Under the pieces are notes generated by a model, which saw nothing but the letters and a program-made list of their open reading frames with translations, did not search any database and was not told the DNA's origin. 64,000 bases of DNA, from assembly GCA_963667175.2 (NCBI GenBank), contig CAXXXF010000015.1, forward strand, positions 128,001 through 192,000, given 5' to 3'. Each line of letters opens with the position of its first letter. The first letter of the stretch is position 1. Of the stretch, positions 20,456 to 31,570 are shown piece by piece. The stretch comes from Candidatus Latescibacterota bacterium. Lineage in GTDB: Bacteria > Latescibacterota > UBA2968 > GCA-2709665. Position numbers and translations under genes: made by a program.

Positions 20456-20671
20456 TTATGGCAATTCAGCCAGAGCAAACACCAGCTCTTCGACAAGCGC
20501 ATTGGCCTGCTCGGCCGTCAATAGACATTGAAACTTCTGCGTTTGTGATCCGCCGTCGGTGCTTTCCGCCTCCAAGCGAAGATAAATGCGACCTGTCCCG
20601 TGATGTACGCCTATCCCAAGCTGAGTGAGGTGAGATAGTCGAATATGACCTGGCTTAGACATCTCGTCCAT
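20456..20671 (-). CDS. Small hypothetical passenger protein
   Basis: 71-aa ORF with GAGGG RBS inside the IS. Confidence 0.5.
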   Translation of the reverse strand: MDEMSKPGHIRLSHLTQLGIGVHHGTGRIYLRLEAESTDGGSQTQKFQCLLTAEQANALVEELVFALAELP

Positions 20672-20777
20672 GATTCCCTCGTTTCTCTTAGATGAGTTAA
20701 CTTCCGCGTTGCGCTTGGCCCCCTATTGCGTTAGATTATAACCGTAGCACATATCAACCACCCTCAAAGGGGGAGAA

Positions 20778-21275
20778 GTGCGGGCTTTGGTCTTTGCGCC
20801 TGTATGAGTGCGCAAGCACAAGAGCCGGACCCCAACGGATTTCAGCAACGCGGATTCATCCTGAATGGTATTGGGGAAAAGTGTTGGTTTACTCAGTCCT
20901 ATTTCAACAACAAGCCTCACTTCTGGAAAAAATCATTCCCGGATGCAGACGACCATGAACTCAGAATTTTAACATTCACTAACCCACGTTGCATGCGAGA
21001 CGACTTGAAAGGATTTGACGCCGATATTTCAAGAATGCTGAATTCTCACATGATCAACGTTAGGCTATCCAATTTCTACACAGGGACCTATGTTATAAAA
21101 GATGCTAATTTCGATACCAGAGAAATAAAGCCACATGGAAAATTCGAAGATCGAGGCCAGTGTATCCAGTCAAAGCAATATCCAAGCAAGGGCATTGCAG
21201 TTGAATAGCATGATCGAGAACAGAGCAATCAAGTCGGTTTACCATACAATGGCTATTCACGGATGTGGTCGATGA
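20778..21275 (+). pseudogene. Probably frameshifted secreted hypothetical passenger gene
   Basis: Core ORF 20804-21208; RBS+GTG at 20778 is out of frame; removing one base in GAATAGCATG extends the frame (VEYMIENRAIKSVYH..GCGR). Confidence 0.4.
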
Positions 21276-21288
21276 AAGGAGGCCTATC

Positions 21289-21447
21289 ATGGCAGTGAAG
21301 AAGGAGAGCCGCGCCAGAGGAAGGCCGGTTACAAAGACGATGCCGGGCAAGATCCCAGACACACCGGAGAATATCGCCAAAGCCATGTTCCGAACCGGAC
21401 CGAAACGGGAGGGTGAATGGCGATATATGAAGAAGAACACGGTGTAA
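21289..21447 (+). CDS. Small basic passenger protein (RGRP..IPDTPENIAKA)
   Basis: Strong AAAGGAGG RBS; 52 aa. Confidence 0.6.
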   Translation: MAVKKESRARGRPVTKTMPGKIPDTPENIAKAMFRTGPKREGEWRYMKKNTV

Positions 21448-21839
21448 AACAAGAGCGAACTCCGCTATGGAGCGTCAAGGCCAGCGATAGGGCGCTGTTT
21501 AATGGGTGTTCGGTATTCATATTCATAATCGTGATTGTTGCCGAAATTGTTACCAGGTGGCCTATATGCTGGCAACCTTTGACGAAAACCGCAAAAGACA
21601 TGATCCAGTTGGCTGCGCTCTCTATGATCGGGGCCTACTTTATCGTGGAGGCAAAGGACATGTTAGGCGGATTCAGGGACTGGGTTAAAGAAAGGAATCT
21701 CAGGATTAGACAGGAGCATTACGAGAGAGGTATACAAGAAAAAAACCGGGAATTCGAAAAGTGGGTTGAATCGGAACGCGAAAAAGGCACGCGTTTTAAC
21801 ACTCCACCTCCAATTGGCAATAACGGAGGCCAAACCTAA
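21417..21839 (+). CDS. Hypothetical membrane passenger protein
   Basis: Two hydrophobic segments, charged C-terminus; GGAGG RBS; convergent overlap with tnp stop. Confidence 0.55.
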   Translation: MAIYEEEHGVKQERTPLWSVKASDRALFNGCSVFIFIIVIVAEIVTRWPICWQPLTKTAKDMIQLAALSMIGAYFIVEAKDMLGGFRDWVKERNLRIRQEHYERGIQEKNREFEKWVESEREKGTRFNTPPPIGNNGGQT

Positions 21840-22774
21840 TCCACCAAATCCCGATACCTCAAACTCTTTCCAACCATACCGGCCACAATCCGTCCCATCT
21901 GCTCAACGGTATCCAGTTCACGGACGTTGTGCCTGCCAACGAATTCGTTGACGTATCTTTGCAGGTGCTGAACGCCCATCTTGTGGTATGTGCCATAGAT
22001 GCCGCGTTTGAACATCGACCAAAACGAATTGATACCGTTCGTGTGAACGTTGTAGTGGACGTATTCGCCGGATGAATGCTTGACAGTGCGATGCCTCATG
22101 CCCGTCATTCCCTGATAGGCTGAGGCATCGTCTGTGTACACGTCCGCGCCTTTGCTGGCGTGGCGCTCAACAAAGCCTTTGAGCGCAGGCCCGTAAATCG
22201 CCTCAGTCACTTCAGCGTCCCTGTCGTCTGTTTCGCGGTCACGAGCGCCGACCACTGCCGTCTTGCCCACTGTGCCCCTGCCTGCGTTCAGCTTGTCCTT
22301 TGCATGCTTATTTCGTTCCTTTCCGCCAACAAACGTTTCGTCTATTTCGACCGGCCCGGCAAACATTCCTCTATCCTCTGCCCACGCCTCGCGGATTCTG
22401 TGGGCCATGTGCCAGGCTGTTTTCTGCGTCACGCCTATATCCCTGTGCAGTTTCATGCTGAACGTACCTTTGAGACCGGTTGACATCAGGTAAATGGCAA
22501 TCGCCCACTTGCGATAACCGATCTTCGAGGATTCCATCAGTGAACCGGTTTTCGTAGAAAAGAACTTGCGGCAATCCTTGCAATGGAAGGGCATGCGGGG
22601 GTGACCGCCGTTGCGCTTGACGCGGTCGCTGTCACAGCGCGCACAACGCACGCCTTCCGGCCACCTTTGGGCAATGAACCATTGTTCGGCGACATCATCC
22701 GTTGGGAACAGGTCGAACAACTGAACCAGCGTGATACCCTCTCTGTGCGATTTTCCTGGTGCTTCGTGTGCCAT
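21836..22774 (-). CDS. IS1595-family transposase
   Basis: Zn ribbon CARC..CKDC, HTH (VTQKTAW), VEIDETFVGG, VYTDD, HTNGINSFWSMFKR. Confidence 0.93.
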   Translation of the reverse strand: MAHEAPGKSHREGITLVQLFDLFPTDDVAEQWFIAQRWPEGVRCARCDSDRVKRNGGHPRMPFHCKDCRKFFSTKTGSLMESSKIGYRKWAIAIYLMSTGLKGTFSMKLHRDIGVTQKTAWHMAHRIREAWAEDRGMFAGPVEIDETFVGGKERNKHAKDKLNAGRGTVGKTAVVGARDRETDDRDAEVTEAIYGPALKGFVERHASKGADVYTDDASAYQGMTGMRHRTVKHSSGEYVHYNVHTNGINSFWSMFKRGIYGTYHKMGVQHLQRYVNEFVGRHNVRELDTVEQMGRIVAGMVGKSLRYRDLVD

Positions 22775-22937
22775 GACAACCTCCTGTATTTCAATCGTTT
22801 ACTAATTACAGAAGAAAAGTAAACGAAAAGTGGCGGTTGTCACGGAAAAAACGTCTACTTTCGTATATAATCCCCTTTTGTAAACGTCCGCGGGCAACCA
22901 CCTGCGGTCGCCGCATAAAGACCTGCCCGGCTGAGAC

Positions 22938-23495
22938 TCACAACCCGTATTCCAGCGTGAGTTCCCTCTTCACGTCCGTTTTCTCGACGCTTTCCCTGAT
23001 GTCATCCATCATTGCCAGCCACCTGTGTTCTCTGAATTTCTCAAAGTCGAGGACGAATCCCGGGAGCGCCCTGCTCTCGATCCGGCCGGCCGGCTCCTGC
23101 CCGAGCACCTCGAACTTCCCGCCTCGAAGCTGGTACCACGTGGCCGGTTTGCCGTTCTCCACGAACAACGCCTCCTGGACGCCGGATGCTTCATAAATCT
23201 GGCGCTTCTTTCCCAGATCCGTAAATCCGTGCTTGGATTCGATTTCAAGCACGAAATTGGGCGGCCCCTCGTAGACCTGATGATCGTGGTTCTTCCTGCA
23301 GATCTGCCGGGGTCCGTTTCTTCGCACGATAACGCCCACGCTCGGATAGACCATAACATCCGTCTTGCCGGCGTAGCTGAGCCGTACCGGCGGGAAGAGG
23401 ACCACGTCCATACCTGTAGCAATCATGCGGTAGTAATTGATCACGGTAAGCACGTCCGTGTGGTGTCGCGATACATTCGCGTCGGGTATCCACAT
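22938..23495 (-). CDS. Uma2 (DUF820) family endonuclease-like protein
   Basis: GPPNFVLEIES..DLGKKRQIYEASGVQE; IESRALPGF. Confidence 0.8.
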   Translation of the reverse strand: MWIPDANVSRHHTDVLTVINYYRMIATGMDVVLFPPVRLSYAGKTDVMVYPSVGVIVRRNGPRQICRKNHDHQVYEGPPNFVLEIESKHGFTDLGKKRQIYEASGVQEALFVENGKPATWYQLRGGKFEVLGQEPAGRIESRALPGFVLDFEKFREHRWLAMMDDIRESVEKTDVKRELTLEYGL

Positions 23496-23507
23496 GACAA
23501 ACCTCCT

Positions 23508-25895
23508 CTATTCCCGCCTGAGCACGTCGACGGGATTGGCACGGGCCGCGTTCCGGGCAAGGTGAGCCACAGTTGCAATGGCGATAAGGAGGGTGATAGA
23601 CAGACTCAGGAGGAACGGCCAGACGGTGAGATCGATCCGGTACGCAAAGTTCCGCAGCCAGTCCTGTGTCAACAGATAGGCAACGGGACAGGCAACAATC
23701 CCGGCAATGAGCGCCAGCACCGGGAATTCCCGGGCAACCCGAAGCAGGAGATGCCCCTCGGAAGCGCCCACGACTTTGCGGATCGCGATCTCCCGCGTAC
23801 GCCGCTGTGCCGCAAATGCCGCGAGTCCCGCCGTGCCCAGGCAGGCGAGGAGGATGGCGACGATAGCAGACCGGAACGCGAGCGCCCCCTGGCGGTGCTC
23901 ATGACCGTACCTGGATTCCACGTAGTCTTCGATGTAGAAGCTCTCGAAAGGAACCGTCGGGACCAGTTGAGACCAGATCTCCTCAATGTCTGAAAGCGCT
24001 TCCCGCTCACGATCGCGTTTGATCTTCAGATGCAGATATTTCAGGTTCGGCCCCGCTGCCGACAACACCAGCGGGACCATGGGTTCTCTCAGCGAGCGTA
24101 CGTGAAAGTCCCGGAACACCCCCACGACCCGCGCGGGTCGCCTATTGAGCAGGAACGCCTGTCCCACGGGCCGGGTCCAGCCGAATTTCTCCGCCGCCGT
24201 CTCGTTGATCATGACCTCGGTCACGTCGTCCCAACCGGTTGTCCGTTCGGCGTACGCCCGCGAAAAATTCCTTCCCGCCAGAATCGGAATCTCATAACAA
24301 TCGAGGAAATCTTCATTCGCTCGAAAAACCCGCGCTTCAAACTCGCGATCCGGCGAATCGACGGGGGACACAAACCGGCGTTTCGGCCAGCTGTGCCCCG
24401 GCAGGTCCAGGCTGGCAGCCGCCGATATGATATCGGGATGGTCCAGAAACCGCTGTTTGACCGCGTTATAGCGGCTGTTCAGGGGCAGTCGCTCGGCATC
24501 GGGTCCGAAGATCTTTACGACAACCACTCCGTCCCGGCGAAATCCCAGGTCGCGCGTCCGCACCAGGTCCATCTGCAGGTAGACGACGAGCGTGGTCGCA
24601 ATCAGGACGGTTGATGCCGCGAACTGCAGAATCACCAGGATTCTTCGCACCCAGAGATCCCTCGGGAGTCCCCTGCGCAGGCCCCTGAATATTTCCACCG
24701 GCTGCTGGGCGGACACGTAGAAACCAGGGTAGATTCCGGATACGAGCCCGGTGATCACGGCAACGACGAGAATCCAGTGAATCTGTTCGACGACGTTGAA
24801 AACAAGCGGTTCGCCCATCAACGTCGAATACTGGGGCAGGAGCGCCCAGGTCAATCCAATAGACACCGGCAGCGCGGCAAAGGTATACAGAAGGGACTCA
24901 CACAGGAATTGACCGACCACGTCGCGGCGGTGTGCGCCGGCGACCCTGCGAAGGCCGGCCTCGAGGGCGCGGAGGGCCGACCTTGCGGTGGCCAGATTCA
25001 TGAAGTTGACGCACGCGATGATCAGGATGCTCAGACCGAGGACCGATATTGGATAGAGATCGCGAACGTCGCCGTACAACATCCCCGAGTCGCCCTTGAA
25101 ACCCTCCAGGTCAACTTTGGAATACAGATGAATGCGCGGCATGGGTTGGAGCCGGTAGGTCGCGCGGCCGGAATCCGTGGGAAACCGGACGGCAAGCGCC
25201 CGCTCCACCGCCTCGATATCCGCGTCCGGTCGCAGGCGGATGAAGATCGGCGCCGCACGGATCGCCCAGTTGCCCGACGTGAAACGCGTAACGCTGTCGA
25301 ACTCGAAACGCGTATTGGTGGGGAGGTCCTCCATGACAGCGACGACATTGAACCCCTGAACATGGGTTTCCCGCTGTACCTCCACCGACCTGCCCACGGG
25401 ATCCGTATCCCCGAACAACTTCCCTGCGAGGCTCCTCGTCAGCACAATGGACGCGTCACGGCGGGAAAGCGACGCGGCATCGCCGTGAACGACGTCGAGC
25501 CCGAAAAAGCCCAGGGCGTCGCCGTCGACGGGACAGAGCCGCTGGCGAAAGTTCCGGCCTTCCGCGCGAAACCAGGAGCTGATCTGGCGGTACTGGACCA
25601 CGTCCTCCACCTGGGGATGGTCACTGCGCAGACTCACGGCGACCTCTGCCGGCAGCGCGCTCTGCCATCGGATCCGGCCGCGCTGGTCGATGTTCTTTCT
25701 CATCACGCGGTAGACGCGTTCGGCATGGGGACGAAAGGCGTCGTAGCTCATCTCATAGCGGATATACAGCATGATGAGCATGGCGCAGGTCAATCCGATC
25801 ACCAGACTGGCAACGCTGATCGCGGTGTAGGTCTTGTTCCGAACCGCGTTACGAATCGCGAGTGTGAGGAAGTTGTATAGAATCGTTGTTCTCAA
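23508..25895 (-). CDS. MacB/FtsX-type duplicated ABC transporter permease
   Basis: ACVNFMNLATARS, QRRTREIAIRKVVGAS, ANPVDVLRRE. Confidence 0.9.
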   Translation of the reverse strand: MRTTILYNFLTLAIRNAVRNKTYTAISVASLVIGLTCAMLIMLYIRYEMSYDAFRPHAERVYRVMRKNIDQRGRIRWQSALPAEVAVSLRSDHPQVEDVVQYRQISSWFRAEGRNFRQRLCPVDGDALGFFGLDVVHGDAASLSRRDASIVLTRSLAGKLFGDTDPVGRSVEVQRETHVQGFNVVAVMEDLPTNTRFEFDSVTRFTSGNWAIRAAPIFIRLRPDADIEAVERALAVRFPTDSGRATYRLQPMPRIHLYSKVDLEGFKGDSGMLYGDVRDLYPISVLGLSILIIACVNFMNLATARSALRALEAGLRRVAGAHRRDVVGQFLCESLLYTFAALPVSIGLTWALLPQYSTLMGEPLVFNVVEQIHWILVVAVITGLVSGIYPGFYVSAQQPVEIFRGLRRGLPRDLWVRRILVILQFAASTVLIATTLVVYLQMDLVRTRDLGFRRDGVVVVKIFGPDAERLPLNSRYNAVKQRFLDHPDIISAAASLDLPGHSWPKRRFVSPVDSPDREFEARVFRANEDFLDCYEIPILAGRNFSRAYAERTTGWDDVTEVMINETAAEKFGWTRPVGQAFLLNRRPARVVGVFRDFHVRSLREPMVPLVLSAAGPNLKYLHLKIKRDREREALSDIEEIWSQLVPTVPFESFYIEDYVESRYGHEHRQGALAFRSAIVAILLACLGTAGLAAFAAQRRTREIAIRKVVGASEGHLLLRVAREFPVLALIAGIVACPVAYLLTQDWLRNFAYRIDLTVWPFLLSLSITLLIAIATVAHLARNAARANPVDVLRRE

Positions 25896-26320
25896 TGTTG
25901 CGCGTTAAGCGCCCGTTTGCGGAGTTCCTCCGCGGTAAGATTCTCCACGCGCGTGGCAATCCACCAGGTGATGCCCTGGCTGTCCCTGACGCCGGCGTTC
26001 CGGTCCCCGTAGAACTGGTCCGCGGGCGCCATGAGGGATTCCGCGCCTGCCTCGAGCGCGGACGCATAGGACGCGTCGGTATCTTCCACGTACAGATAAA
26101 GCGCGGCCGGCAGGGGCGGATACCCCTCCTGAGCGGCGCCCATCATCACCACCGAATCGCCGATCCGCACTTCCGCGTGCCTCGTAACCCCGTCCGGCCC
26201 GGGCACGCGTTCGGATTCTTCAGCCCCGAATGCGTCCTTCAGGAACGAAATAAGCGCTTCAATATCTTCAACGACGAGATACGGGGTGACAGTTCTGTAC
26301 CCAGGGGGAGGTGACGGCAT
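25892..26320 (-). CDS. VOC/glyoxalase (PhnB-like) protein
   Basis: TVTPYL, HAEVRIGDS, QFYGDRNAGVRD. Confidence 0.88.
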   Translation of the reverse strand: MPSPPPGYRTVTPYLVVEDIEALISFLKDAFGAEESERVPGPDGVTRHAEVRIGDSVVMMGAAQEGYPPLPAALYLYVEDTDASYASALEAGAESLMAPADQFYGDRNAGVRDSQGITWWIATRVENLTAEELRKRALNAQH

Positions 26321-26359
26321 GGTTTGTCTCCTTATGTTACGTGACCCGAACCCACGGTT

Positions 26360-27280
26360 TCAGGATTCCCAAACGTACACTTTCTTGTGGTAGACGGTCT
26401 CGAATCCGTTGCGCTGGAGATTGCCCAGCGAGGTCTTCAGCATCGCGAGGGTCTCGCTGCACGCCACCCGGCGCCCCAGTTCCGCGGCGCGATTCAGGCG
26501 CGCCCTGATAAGCGCGTTCTGTCCGCCCTTCTTTCTGTGGGCCTCGGCGGTCCCCGCCCATCCGAGATAGGCGAAGTCGCCATCGCAGGCAAGGATGGCC
26601 GCGCTGACGGGCGCGCCGGCCTCGTACGCCATGAAATGCTCGAATCCGGCCTGCTCGACGCTCTCGAAGAAAAACGAACTCGGCCAGGGCTCGAAGATGC
26701 GGACAACCGCATCCCGTTTTTTCTCGACCTCGCGGCGCGAAACGCGGCGCACTTCAAGAGGAGTCTGAAAGGGCGACACGGGTTCAACGGTACGAATCAG
26801 CGTGGGATACGTGGTTCCCGTAAATGGCGTGAGACCGTTGTCCTCCAGCCACCCGATGATTTCTTCTTCCTGTGGATTCGGGCTCAGCCAGAAGAAAAAC
26901 CGTTCGACCTCCGATTCCCTGAATACGTTCAGTATTTCCGATAAATCGGACCGCGAAACCCTCCCCCCGCATCCGAAAAAATACACGCCGTTTCGGTTCG
27001 CCGATGGAAAAGGCGATACGGCGGAAGGAGGATCCAATATGACGATCGCGCATTCGATTTGAACCTGGACCCTGGAATCCTGCGGAATGCAATCGAGTTC
27101 CTTCTGCCTGATCGCCATCAATCGTCGTGCAATCTCATCGGGTCTCATGTCGGTGGTCGGAGTGATGACGTGCGGTCTAAGGTGATTCGATTCACTGCCG
27201 TACCTCTTTTTCTCGTGTTTTTGTCGCGCTTTTTGTTTTCCTCGTCTTCTCGTGCCTTTCTCGTGCTTTTTGATTCTCAT
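26360..27280 (-). CDS. GNAT-family N-acetyltransferase
   Basis: AGTAEAHRKKGGQNALIRARL, SLGNLQRNGF; start uncertain. Confidence 0.75.
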   Translation of the reverse strand: MRIKKHEKGTRRRGKQKARQKHEKKRYGSESNHLRPHVITPTTDMRPDEIARRLMAIRQKELDCIPQDSRVQVQIECAIVILDPPSAVSPFPSANRNGVYFFGCGGRVSRSDLSEILNVFRESEVERFFFWLSPNPQEEEIIGWLEDNGLTPFTGTTYPTLIRTVEPVSPFQTPLEVRRVSRREVEKKRDAVVRIFEPWPSSFFFESVEQAGFEHFMAYEAGAPVSAAILACDGDFAYLGWAGTAEAHRKKGGQNALIRARLNRAAELGRRVACSETLAMLKTSLGNLQRNGFETVYHKKVYVWES

Positions 27281-27320
27281 CCTGTCTATCTTGTCTATCC
27301 ATGTAAGTTTGGATTTTGAA

Positions 27321-30200
27321 TCAGGGAGTCTGGTTTCTTTCCAGGAGCGGTTTCAGGAACTGTCCCGTGTACGACTGTGCTGCCTCGGCCACCGTCTCGG
27401 GCGGGCCCGCGGCAATCAGATGCCCTCCGTTGTGCCCGCCCTCGGGGCCGAGGTCGATCACGTGGTCGGCAGTCTTGATCACGTCCAGATGGTGCTCGAT
27501 GACCACAACCGTGTGACCGGCGTCGACCAGACCGTTGAGCGCGTCGAGCAGTTTCTGGACGTCGGCCAGGTGCAATCCCGTGGTCGGCTCGTCCAGAATG
27601 TAGAGATTGTGTCTGCCGCGTTTGATCTTGCCGAGTTCGCTGGCGAGTTTGACACGCTGCGCCTCCCCGCCGGAGAGGATGGTCGCCGGATGGCCGATTT
27701 TCAGGTAACCCAGCCCCAGGTTGTCGAGCACGCAAAGCTTGTGAGAAATGAGTCTGTTTCCGTCAAAAAACGCGACGCCTTCTTCGATGGACATGTCGAG
27801 GACGTCGGCAATGGTCCTGTCCCGGTAGGTAACCTCCAGCGTCTCGTCGTTGTATCGTGCGCCCTTGCAGGTGGGACACGGGACGGCAACGTCGGGCATA
27901 AAGGCGAAGCTGGTCTTGATCTCGCCTTCGCCCGAACATTCCTCGCAGCGGCCGCCCTTGACGTTGAAGCTGAACCGGGAGGCCGTGTAACCGCGTTCGA
28001 CGGCTTCACCGGTGGATGCGAAACACTTGCGGATGTTGTCGTAGAAGCCGATGTACGTCGCGGGGTTGGATCGAGGAGACCGGCCGATGGCGGACTGATC
28101 GATGTTGACCACGTCCGCCACGTGTTCATGGCCCGAGAGGTCGTCATGATCGCCGGAGAAGACGCGGCTGTCGTGAAACAGGTTGTAGAGTTTCTTGTAC
28201 AGGATTTCGTGAATGAGAGTACTCTTGCCCGAACCGGATGCGCCGGTGATGCAGGTAAAGACGCCCAGGGGAATCTCCACGTCAATGTTATTGAGATTGT
28301 TCGCGCGCGCGCCTCGAATGCGGATCGCGTGGGCGTTTTTCTCACGTCGACGGGCGGGAACGGCGATCGCTCTGGCGCCGCTCAGGTATTGCGCCGTTGG
28401 CGATCGCCTGCACTTGAGCACCTCGCCCACCGGGCCCGTTGCGACGACGCGCCCGCCATGCACTCCGGGTCCGGGACCCATTTCGATGATGTGATCGGCG
28501 GCGCGTATGGTCTCCTCGTCGTGTTCGACGACGATGACCGTGTTGCCGACGTCGCGAAGACGCCGCATGGTGCTGATCATCTTCTCGTTGTCTTTGGGGT
28601 GCAGACCGATGCTGGGCTCATCCAGAACGTACAACATTCCCATGAGCCCGGATCCGATCTGCGTTGAGAGGCGAATGCGCTGGGACTCGCCGCCGGAGAG
28701 CGTGCCGGTCGGACGGTTGAGGTTGAGATAGTCGAGGCCGATGCCGATCAGGAGTTCGAGGCGGACCGAGATTTCGTGGATGATCTGCGAGGCGACTTCC
28801 TTCCGTTTCGCCGGCAGGGTCAATTTCGTAAGAAAGGCCGAAAGTTCCGGCAGATGCATTTCGCCCAGGCTGTGGATGTTGTGACCGTCGATGGTGACCC
28901 GGAGACGCTGTTTCTTCAACCGCTCGCCGCCGCAGTCCGGACACAGATTCTCAACCATGACTTTGCGCAGATAGTCTTCCATGCCGCCGTGGGCCGTACC
29001 CTTTTGCCTGTATCGGCGGTACTGGCGTTCGATCTGGTTGATCACACCGTCGTAACGGAACTCGCGCCCGATGTATTTGGCGCCGACTTTGGCGTCCGGA
29101 GGCTGCTCGATGACGACCCGTTCGCCCCGCGTGCCGTACAGCAGCAAGTCCCGGACGTCGTCGGAAAGGTCCTTGTAGGGAGTATCCAGGTCGAAGTCGT
29201 ACTTCCTGGAAAGACTGTAAAGGATTCGGCCGCCCCACGTATTGACGTCGTACTTCAGCGCTTCCTTGACAAATGCCCCTTCACGCAGACTGCGGTCCTT
29301 GTCGGGGGCGACCAGGTCGGGGTGGGCCTTGAGATAGGTGCCCAGACCGGAACATGTGATGCAGGCCCCGGCGGGATCGTTGAACGTAAACATCCCATGG
29401 TGCATACGACCGGCGACCACGTGCGCGGACGAAGCCCCGAGTTTTCGGTGGAACGTCTCGGCCGCCGCCTCGCCGACGTCGGTGAGAACGCGAAAACTCA
29501 GGAACCCTTCCCCGATGACCTCGAGACCGTGCGTCAGCGACGTCACAATCTGTTTGTCGAGGCCCTCGCGGACGACAAAGCGATCCACGATCACCTCGAT
29601 CCGGTAATCTTCCTCTTCATCGAGGTCGATTTCCTCGCCCAGATCGTGTGTTCTTTCGTCGATGCGCACCCTGCGGTAGCCCTTGGTGCGAACGTCGTCG
29701 AACAGGTAGGCGTAATCTTCGCCATAGATCTTGAGCACCGGCGCCCGAACCTCAACTTCCACGCCGCCGGGCAGGGCCAGAAGGTGTTCCATCATCTGAT
29801 GAGGCGTCCAGACGCTGACTTCCTCCCCGGTGACGGGGCAGCGCGGCTGTCCGATACTTGCGAACAGCATTCGCAGATAGTCATAGAGGTCCGTCATCGT
29901 CCCCACGGTTGAGCGGGGATTCTTCATCACGGTCTTCTGTTCTATGGAGACGACCGGGGAAAGTCCGTTCACGAAGTCGACGTCGGGCTTCTTCAATTGG
30001 GAGACGAATCGCCGGGCGAAGGTGGAAAGCGATTCCATGAACCGCCGCTGACCTTCGGCATATACCGTGTCGAAAGCAAGGGAGGATTTCCCCGAACCAC
30101 TCACGCCGGTGACAACGACAAGCTTGTCGCGCGGGATTTCGAGGTGAATATTCCGCAGATTGTTCTCGCGGGCGCCTTTGACTTCAATCGTCGATCTCAT
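27321..30200 (-). CDS. uvrA: Excinuclease ABC subunit A (UvrA)
   Basis: [52 protein letters not shown]; start 30200 or 30212. Confidence 0.93.
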   Translation of the reverse strand: MRSTIEVKGARENNLRNIHLEIPRDKLVVVTGVSGSGKSSLAFDTVYAEGQRRFMESLSTFARRFVSQLKKPDVDFVNGLSPVVSIEQKTVMKNPRSTVGTMTDLYDYLRMLFASIGQPRCPVTGEEVSVWTPHQMMEHLLALPGGVEVEVRAPVLKIYGEDYAYLFDDVRTKGYRRVRIDERTHDLGEEIDLDEEEDYRIEVIVDRFVVREGLDKQIVTSLTHGLEVIGEGFLSFRVLTDVGEAAAETFHRKLGASSAHVVAGRMHHGMFTFNDPAGACITCSGLGTYLKAHPDLVAPDKDRSLREGAFVKEALKYDVNTWGGRILYSLSRKYDFDLDTPYKDLSDDVRDLLLYGTRGERVVIEQPPDAKVGAKYIGREFRYDGVINQIERQYRRYRQKGTAHGGMEDYLRKVMVENLCPDCGGERLKKQRLRVTIDGHNIHSLGEMHLPELSAFLTKLTLPAKRKEVASQIIHEISVRLELLIGIGLDYLNLNRPTGTLSGGESQRIRLSTQIGSGLMGMLYVLDEPSIGLHPKDNEKMISTMRRLRDVGNTVIVVEHDEETIRAADHIIEMGPGPGVHGGRVVATGPVGEVLKCRRSPTAQYLSGARAIAVPARRREKNAHAIRIRGARANNLNNIDVEIPLGVFTCITGASGSGKSTLIHEILYKKLYNLFHDSRVFSGDHDDLSGHEHVADVVNIDQSAIGRSPRSNPATYIGFYDNIRKCFASTGEAVERGYTASRFSFNVKGGRCEECSGEGEIKTSFAFMPDVAVPCPTCKGARYNDETLEVTYRDRTIADVLDMSIEEGVAFFDGNRLISHKLCVLDNLGLGYLKIGHPATILSGGEAQRVKLASELGKIKRGRHNLYILDEPTTGLHLADVQKLLDALNGLVDAGHTVVVIEHHLDVIKTADHVIDLGPEGGHNGGHLIAAGPPETVAEAAQSYTGQFLKPLLERNQTP

Positions 30201-30295
30201 CGACAATCCCATCAGAAAAGCGAGGGAACGAAACTGCGAGAGAACGAGAAAACGAATATACGCCGCTCGTCTTCTCGTCTTCTCGTTTCCTCGCC

Positions 30296-31252
30296 CTACA
30301 GAAGTTCGACGCTGTCACCGTCATAATAGTAGGCTGGCTCTTCAACTTCAATCCGGCTCTTCTCGGTCAGGTGGATGGGACTCGACAGCTTCTGAATGAT
30401 CTCCTGCGTGACGAGCCATTCACAGGCCGCTTCGAGGCCGCCGCCCTGGATTTTCTTTTCGAAATAATCGCTGATTTCCGAGAGTTTGCGCACTTCAGAC
30501 GACTCCGAGAGATAGTCCAGCAGCGGGCGGAAGAGGTCCGGAGCCCATTGTTCGAGACTGCGGTTCACCAGATCAAGTACGCGTTTGACGGATTCCTGAG
30601 TCTTGGGCTGATTCACGAAATCCGTGTAGATGGCGTTGAATAACCGGGGGTTGTATTTGAGCGCCTGATGGACCACTTCCCGCCCGGGCGCTTCGTTGTG
30701 CAGGAGAACCTGGATCGAGGCAAGTTCGCGTACGACCTGCATGAGCCACCAGAAGCTGTACTCGAAGTCCTTTTTCAGGTAGAAGTACTTTTCCGCCTTG
30801 TAGAGCGACGGTATCAGAAAGGCTGAGTATCTCAACAGCTGAAATGCCCGGTCCCGCGTTCCGATGCGATCGATGGTATCGTACCATTTCGCCACGGAAT
30901 CGTCCTTCGTAAACAGAAGGGTGCTCTTCGAAAACGTAAAGTCCAGCCAACCGCCGCCCAGACCGCCTTCGATCCGGCGTTTGAAGACGTTGCGGGGAAC
31001 GCGTTGCGCATGGATGTTGACGTCGTCTTCGCAGAGCGTGACGTGTCCTTCTTTCACCCCATCCTGCATGATGATCCACAGATCGACGTCCGAATTCACC
31101 CAGACTTCATCGTAGGACAGACTGCCAAACAGAATCGCAGCGAGTACCGTCCGGTCGCTTTCGAGTTTTCCGACCAGAGATGACAGCGCGACCCGGTAGT
31201 GTTTCCGGATTTCGTCCGGCGTGGCAGGAGACATCGACAACTCCATCATCAC
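30296..31252 (-). CDS. Nucleotidyltransferase-domain protein
   Basis: [19 protein letters not shown] (GS..DxD) motif. Confidence 0.75.
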   Translation of the reverse strand: MMMELSMSPATPDEIRKHYRVALSSLVGKLESDRTVLAAILFGSLSYDEVWVNSDVDLWIIMQDGVKEGHVTLCEDDVNIHAQRVPRNVFKRRIEGGLGGGWLDFTFSKSTLLFTKDDSVAKWYDTIDRIGTRDRAFQLLRYSAFLIPSLYKAEKYFYLKKDFEYSFWWLMQVVRELASIQVLLHNEAPGREVVHQALKYNPRLFNAIYTDFVNQPKTQESVKRVLDLVNRSLEQWAPDLFRPLLDYLSESSEVRKLSEISDYFEKKIQGGGLEAACEWLVTQEIIQKLSSPIHLTEKSRIEVEEPAYYYDGDSVELL

Positions 31253-31570
31253 TATTTATTAAATAAGAACGCAATGGAGCACATGATATATAATACAGGT
31301 TCAAATCAGGTGTCAAGGTCAATTCAATGAAAACGCACGCATCCGTCCCGGGAAGGAGAAACCGCTTGAAGACAAGGTGGCGGACAATCAACCGGAAAAT
31401 CATATTACTGTAACGTAGCAGCCCGTCGATAACGTCCATCCGGGGTGGTCCGACACCCTGCGGTAACTTCAATGAGATATCTTATCCACCAAAGAGCGGC
31501 GTGCAGTGACCGGTCCCGACAACCGGCAGACGCATCAAGCCGCTTCCCACCACGTCCGACGGAGGAACCG

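Larger units (their letters stand above)
20425..22875. mobile_element. IS1595-family element with passenger genes (2451 bp)
   Basis: TIRs starting GGGGATTATATAC at both ends; 8-bp TSD TTTTGTAA at 20417-20424 and 22876-22883; encodes transposase; AT-richer than flanks. Confidence 0.92.

Noticed and set aside
22020-22050. Transposase has N (HTNGINSFW) where many have a catalytic E, suggesting inactivation
   Set aside because: Several IS1595 subgroups naturally use DDN-K, so inactivity cannot be concluded
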